Shown here piece by piece: positions 57,350-64,000 of a DNA stretch of 64,000 nt; position 1 is the first letter of the stretch, and the number at the start of each line of letters is the position of its first letter. The position numbers and the translations under genes were made by a program. The stretch spans positions 122,636,001 through 122,700,000 of the forward strand of contig OZ024742.1 in the NCBI GenBank assembly GCA_964016885.1, read 5' to 3'. Below the pieces are notes generated by a model that did no database searches, was not told where the DNA came from, and saw only the letters and a list, made by a program, of their open reading frames with translations. This DNA comes from Eledone cirrhosa (taxonomy: Eukaryota).

Positions 57350-57971
57350 AAATACTATAGAGTAAAGCATGTCCAGAGAATTATTTGATAATATATATAT
57401 ATACATCATCTCTACTCCCAATCAGCATAATTAACCACACAAAAAATCAATTAGACCAGGCTATAAGAATAAAAGGCATCTATGAAGAAACAGTAAATAA
57501 ATACGCCAATGCGGCGTCTTCGCGTACAACCGCTATAGAATATTTACCCAACATTTCAACAGCACGTGGAAATTAATTAAATATACGGTCAACCATACAT
57601 AATTAGGTAAAAATTAATGTTATAAATGCTTATATACACATACCAGGATTAAATCACTAAATCCCGACCCAAGGGTTTCGCTCACTTTTGAGATACATTA
57701 TTAACGATAATACTCGAGTTTTAGAGCTCTTCAGGGGACAAACTCGCTAGGACATATTATTTCCCGAAGTGGCCCCCCGCCAAATACGAATTCAAAATGT
57801 TTGAGAACTGTGACGTGGCTGTGGTCATGTCGTATTTATTTACTATTTCTTCATAGATGCCTTTTATTCTCATAGCCTGGTCTAATTGATTTTTTGTGTA
57901 GTTAATTATGCTGATTGAGAGATGATGTATATATATTATCAAATAATTCTCTGGACATGCTTTACTCTATA

Positions 57972-57975
<4 letters not shown>
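57350..57975. mobile_element. Fold-back element (arms ~57352-57505 / ~57830-57975) with hammerhead relic in spacer
   Basis: Arms are reverse-complementary with indels; minus strand ~57663-57695 has CTC-aaaagt-GAG-c-GAAA-CCCTTGGG-TC; arm similar to 7025-7112. Confidence 0.7.
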
Positions 57976-58029
<54 letters not shown>

Positions 58030-58483
58030 ACTAGAAATTATCCCCTGTGATTGTTTCATGTGTTTATTTTAGATATATATAGATATGTCAATGGATTTCT
58101 AGTTGATATAAAATGCTCGGATCTCTTCATTGGAATCTTTGAGCTTATGATACGGTGGATATAGCGCATGTCTCGGACATGACTCTCTTAAGTTAATTTT
58201 GAATATATATATATATTCAACTCCCCTCCTATATTTCCACCTTGCTTTACGTCCTCTTCTTCTCTAAGTTTATCATATTATAGGATTTGAATAATCAAAA
58301 CCGTAGCGGCATGTCGCATATCCAATCTCTCATATATTTTATCTGATGAAAACGTAGTGAAACACCATTGTACCTTTGAAATATGTATAATAGAATATAT
58401 ATTTTGGTTATGAGAATATTTTTCATTTATTAATATTTTGAATAATATTATATATATACATATTTGTGTGTGTGTGTGTGTGC

Positions 58484-58528
<45 letters not shown>

Positions 58529-60049
58529 CACGCGCGTGTGTGTGTGTTTATTAAGGCTAAATAATGATTCTATTTAGCATTAATAAAAGAAAGAAATATA
58601 TGAATACACCCCCCCCCCCCACACACACACGTACACACACACACACACATACATACACATATATATATATATATATGCTGAAACCGAGAGGTAGCTACGA
58701 GAAGTGAGTAAAAAGCCGGACTATTGAACAAAAATGCCCTACGGCAGGTATGTCCAATCAAGTTAACACTTCGTGAGTCAATATGACATTTACATTTCCT
58801 ATTTTATGTGATATATGAAATATCTACATGTCTCTGTACTCGGTAGGGCATAATCTTATTTGATGTTGGCGCGACACTATACCCCCAGTCCAATGACTGA
58901 ATGCTATAAGTGAAATTATACTTTTTATCTATTTCTGGTTTAAGATTTTAAATCTTTACCTTATCTGAATCTTGGTTTCATGCGAATGCTGCTTATTTTT
59001 ACATACTTATCCATTTTGGAAACAGTGAAATATATTGCTGAAACATTTTATTTCCAGACAGATTTATGTTCTTATTTCTATAGTAATTTAATAGTGATTT
59101 TGTTTAGAATTATCTTATCTCGGGGGAATATCCATAATAAAACGTAGTATTTTGTTAAAATTTTGACAGTGAAAATGTGTGTTTTCAGGCTATAATCTCA
59201 TTATGCGCTGGTACAAGATATTGACATGGAAATGTTATAGATTCTAGCTTAAACGATTCAAATATTATTGATAAAAAGAGTTCGTAAACATATTTTCATG
59301 GAAAATATAATTTTAGACCTTAAGTACGACTATTTCAGGTAGTAAAAATAGGAAATAGATTGAATTTTCAAAGTTTTAATACCCAAAACAAATGTAATTT
59401 TGCAAACTGTATATAGTATGAGCAAAATAGATTGTAAATTTCCTAAACATGTATCGGGAAATAAATAAATGTACTCAAGGGGAGTCATGGATGGAATGCC
59501 TCTGATGATAAGTTTACTGGATTATAGCTGAGCTACCGATACGTCGAAACCGAAACCGTATGAACAATTTACAGATACATTGGTATAGATGTAACTTTGA
59601 TATTAATATGTAAAAAGCAACACAATATGTCGAAATAATTGACTCATTTAAAAAGCATTGGGAAATAACGATATTTAAAATCTGGTTGTCCTAATGGGTA
59701 TGATTATAATAATTGTCGATCTTCATAATAATAGTTGAAAATATTGAGTGTTGTTCTAATGGTGACGGAAGAAAGTAGACAAAAGACAAATGTGACTGCG
59801 AGGAAGATGCCACATTCCACCTCATAGATAATTCATACATTCGTGAAATATATATTGAAGAATATTTGTTTCAATCAATATATCACCTGAATATCATTCT
59901 CGTTCTTCTTTATCTTATATTTCCACAGCTTTAACTTTTAGGTGTCTGTTCATATGTTTGCCATTCCTATACAATTCAAATAGCCCATTATATTCGCCAT
60001 AGTCGTATGTATCTTTTGCAGTCTCTCAAAATGCAGTATATCAGGTATT

Positions 60050-60600
60050 TCATCCACCTATTATGACACGTCGGGAAGCTGACAATTTCACTTGGGGCTT
60101 GCTTCTTTCGGATCAATTTCGTTGTTTTATATTTTTCATTGGGATATTACATTCCTAATGCTTGACGGAGATTGCTAAGATATTCTTAATCTGTTTGTTA
60201 GGCCTTGTGCAGGGTCAATATTTCTGCATCCTAAAAAATATTTGAAATCACGCATTGGTTGTAAAACTGTCTTTTCAGGTTTAGGAAAATTTCAGTATTA
60301 CATACGAAACTCATCTTCATGTGGTCTTGGGAACCAAGGTAATTTGTTGTTTTATTGCTAGCCTGGTTATGTTGTAATATATTTGCCAAGTAGGGGATTT
60401 CTCTATGAAGAGCTGTTTTGTTAATTTCGATACCAACAACGTTATACAGTTTGTCAAAAAATGTTTTCGTTGCTTCGTTCTTATTCCTGATTACACCTAC
60501 TATATAATAAATAGTGGAGATTCAATTCAACATAATGTTTGAGAAGAACTTGTATATGGTACATAGAAGTCCTATTTCTCGATCACCTGTTATACATTCT
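60050..60600 (-). pseudogene. Ancient RTE-clade LINE relic
   Basis: Minus strand: IFLNLKRQFYNQCVISNIF*DAEILTL, resembling RTE LKRKVYNQCVLP..TYGAETWTL. Confidence 0.5.
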
Positions 60601-60991
60601 CTATTCTAGCATTTTAAACTCAACTGAAACCTTAATTAGTATTAAGGCAACATGACAAATATTCACTGACATATAATGATTCTTAAATGATGCGATTGAA
60701 ATGATTGTCTCCTGAGGATAATAAACTACTAAATGAAATTCCCTTACTCCAGTTAAGCGGAAGCTGAATTCTGTTACCTTTATGATGAATCTGACTGGGG
60801 GATTTAAACATTTATACAACACACATATAAACGGAGCACGCAGATTCCTGCCGGAAGGAAGTATTTAGTGATGTAGTATGTTGAAATGAATGATTTGCCA
60901 CCCTCCGTTACTCCATTAGTATGAGTATGTACGGATACGCACGCACACACACACATACATACACATATATATATACACACACACACCCACC

Positions 60992-61038
<47 letters not shown>

Positions 61039-61041
<3 letters not shown>

Positions 61042-61144
61042 AACGAGTAGGACCCCGACGGCTGAGCTCAAGCAGTTTCGACGGCTAAGTATTGAGTACT
61101 TTGGTGCGTTATGGTCCACCTGGTTCCGTACCACATTTCCTCCG

Positions 61145-61146
<2 letters not shown>
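61039..61146 (+). mobile_element. Internally deleted copy of hairpin element family A
   Basis: Left arm GGAACGAGTAGGACCCCGACGGCTGAGCTC joined directly to the tail AAGTATTGAGTACTTTGGTGCG. Confidence 0.8.
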
Positions 61147-61195
<49 letters not shown>

Positions 61196-61196
<1 letters not shown>

Positions 61197-64000
61197 CGGC
61201 GATGAATTAGTTTTGCGAGGTTTTTTATATGAAATCGTGTGTCGAAACAAATATTGTTATACTTGGGGAGGGTCATATTTGTGTAATATTGCCAGAATTA
61301 ATAACAGAACACACTCACTGTTTGGTTGGTTTTCGCTTCTCGCTGTCTTTTATATCTGTAATCTAACTTACTCGGTCCTCAACGTTGCCATTGACTGACC
61401 GACGGTCAAAAATAATACAGATACAATATAGACACAAACACATATATATAGTTTATCATAAATCTTTCGTTGCACATCTGCAACATCGTCAGTGGTGTTA
61501 TATTTTCCTCCTGTTGTGTTGTATGTCTATGCCATTTTTTATTCAGTCTGTCTATATATTTATTTATTTATTTGCTTGTTTGTTTATTTTATTTTGTCTT
61601 CTTTGCGCATGCGTTTGCGTGTGTGTATAGTGTTTTGTTTGCTTTGTGATGGGTGACTAGTGTGTGTTTATATGCTTGTTGTTATTGTTTTTGTGTATGT
61701 ATTTATTATCTTATTTTATTTACTTATTTATACTTCTCTTAGGTCAGTGTTGTTTGTTTGGGTGTTGTTGTTATTCCATTCATTCTTTCTGTTTAGCTTT
61801 GATCTTCTAATTTCTATTTCACTGGCCTCTCTGATTTGCCTATCTGCTGGGTCATTTCTATGTTTAGATATTATTCTAATTTCTATGTTGTCTATGTTAC
61901 CGTCATGTTGTTGTCTAGCATGTTCGTATAGTACTGACCCGTTTTTTCGTCCTTTTAGTTCCCCCCAGTGTTGATCTATCCTTTCACCTATGCTACGAGC
62001 TGTCTCACCTATGTATGTTGTTGTCATGTTTCTGCAAGTACCCTCTGTACATCTTATGCTATAGACTACGTTTCTAGTTTTACAGTTTATCCGGGGGTTC
62101 ACCTTACATATGATACATTTCCTATTGGTACAGTGGGTTTTCTTAAAAGGGTAGGTTTTGCTGATCAGGGATTTTATGGTGGTTCCTGGCTTTTCTACCA
62201 CCTTTATTTTTAAGTGGGTCTTTCTCAGGACCTTTCAACTGGTTAGCTAATTTCCCTCCAGGGGTGGCGTCCACAAACATGACACTCTGGTATCTCTGGT
62301 TGTCGTACCATGATGTGGCTTTCCCTATCTTATGTCTAGCCCTATCTAAGTTATTCCATGATTTGCTCCTGTATAATGGGCAAATTCCTTAGATGTCCAG
62401 TTCTATGAGGGTCTTATACTTTTCCATGGCTCCTTCGTATACTCTGACTCTGTCTCTTTGGTTGTAGCCAGAGAACTGCATGCGGTTGATGAAGTGTTGG
62501 ATGTGTCTTTCCATTTCTGTTGGGTCGCACATGCGGGACACATTCTTCATCACTCGTACCAAATCTGCGATCAGAATATTAAACTTAGCACTACTGGACA
62601 TTGCTAAGTTTTTGAGTATCAGGTATTTGGAGGCCATGGGTTTAGCATAGTGTGAGTGGAGAATTTGGGCTCGCTCGTCTATAGTGTTAATCCAGAGTTC
62701 TGTGTCTAATACAGGTAGTCTATTGTTAGGGTGTTTGGAAGGGAAGTCGATAGTTACAGTTATACTCTGGTGTATGGAATTAGCTATCTGCTGGATGCTT
62801 TCCATCGTGCTACGTTCTAAATCAAACTTGTTAGTACTCTCTAGTGGGGGTGTTCTTATAACTATATTGATATCGTCTACATAACGAGAGTACATGATGA
62901 GGTTTATGGAGCTTTCATTAAGGAGATCTTTAAGTCTCCTTTCCCACCATACCATGAAAAGGTTGGCAATATCACCAGCTATGCTGACGCCGATGGCTGC
63001 TCCCTCATTTTGAGTGTAGATTTTCTCATTGAACTTAAATATGTGGCCCTTTAGTGTAGTTTTGATACTAGCCACTATTGCATGTGCGACCATTTCTCTT
63101 ACCTGATCATTGTTTTGGGGGGTCCGTATATCTTTGGTCCACCCAATCCACCTTCCCATGGGAGTCTTTTTTGCCATTGAGGTTATGGTGTGGGTGTCTA
63201 CCTCTGATAAGTCTACTAGGGCAGAAACATCTAAGGTCATGGCTGTCTAGGTAGTCAGTGTCGTAGGTAAGTCTAAGTAGGAGGCCCAGTTCGTCTGTGT
63301 CGACGTCGCAGAACTCCACCTCACTCTCAATGATCATCTCCACACATCTTTTCACAGCAAAATCAATGTTAATGGATGGGTACAGTGACACCACATCCAT
63401 GCTGCCTATTATGCAGTTGGATAGGCTCCTGTTTTTGTTGCACTCACTGATTCTGCTGAGGAGGTCCTCTGCACTGTCACATACATCTGGGGACATCTTG
63501 ATTATGGGGCGTATAACCATTGAGAGGAAGTAGGAGATCCTGTAGTTGCTAGCTATATTAGCTCCGCATACGGGTCTTGTTGGTGGTTCTGTTGTCGGGT
63601 CGTCGACTGTCTTGTGGTCTTTGCGGAGCCCATACAAGGGTGGTATGCCATTGTTAGTCGCCTGGAAGTTGTTGGCAGTGCGTCTGCTTGGCTTTAGGAT
63701 GTCATTCCATATCATCATGTGAGCGTTGAGGATTTTTTCTCTCCCATCGTGTGTTTGTTGTGCAATTTCGCTCGTGTTGGGGATGTGGGGTTGCATAGCC
63801 TCGATGTAGTTCGGCATGCTATCTATTGACATCCTACCAGACTTATCTGTGGGTAGACACACTACCTCACGATCCCTTGTGCGCTGCTTGAGGCTAACCA
63901 TGCCTTCTACAGGTTTCCTCCCAAGTTGTTGGGCCTCTGGTCTGCTCTGTCTCTTAGTATACCTGTCTACTATTTGTCTAATCTTATTTCTAGCTATGGT
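61196..64000 (-). mobile_element. Neptune-like Penelope element (second subfamily), frameshifted, running off the window end
   Basis: ORFs 63107-63901 (PTDKSG, LYGLRKDHK, TRPVCG, SMDVVSLYPSI), 62389-63240 (QNEGAAIG, YVDD), 61728-62201 (VVYSIRC..YIGET); hammerhead at 61455-61496 (CTGACGA-t-GTTGCA-gatg-TGCAAC-GAAA); tail ends at (TA)n. Confidence 0.93.

Noticed and set aside
59495-59560. CTGATGA...CGAAAC hammerhead-like match
   Set aside because: No convincing stems I-III; likely chance. The same applies to CTGATGAGAAGAAAC at ~25380.

Overview
AT-rich eukaryotic, repeat-dominated DNA with no host protein-coding gene that I can support. The abundant tRNA-derived SINE and the (TA)n/(CA)n/(CTAT)n load resemble octopus (coleoid cephalopod) genomes; this is an inference. 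Recognisable content: (1) a nearly intact Tx1-clade (L1 group) non-LTR retrotransposon plus two 5'-truncated relatives, arrayed head-to-tail inside a (CTAT)n microsatellite (45.9-54.0 kb); (2) several Penelope-like elements (PLEs; RT plus C-terminal GIY-YIG) and decayed R4/Dong-like and RTE LINEs; (3) many SINE copies. The most striking unexplained structure is about 15 fold-back (inverted-repeat) insertions of 0.1-3.2 kb, mostly in (TA)n tracts. Several are built heads-in/tails-out with a minimal type-I hammerhead ribozyme motif in each arm. Many have an unpaired 3' tail carrying a shared (A)TYGAGTRC-like motif about 45-60 nt from the microsatellite junction. Most are non-coding, and one carries a tRNA-like Pol III unit. 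All calls were made by eye; boundaries are approximate and nothing was database-verified.
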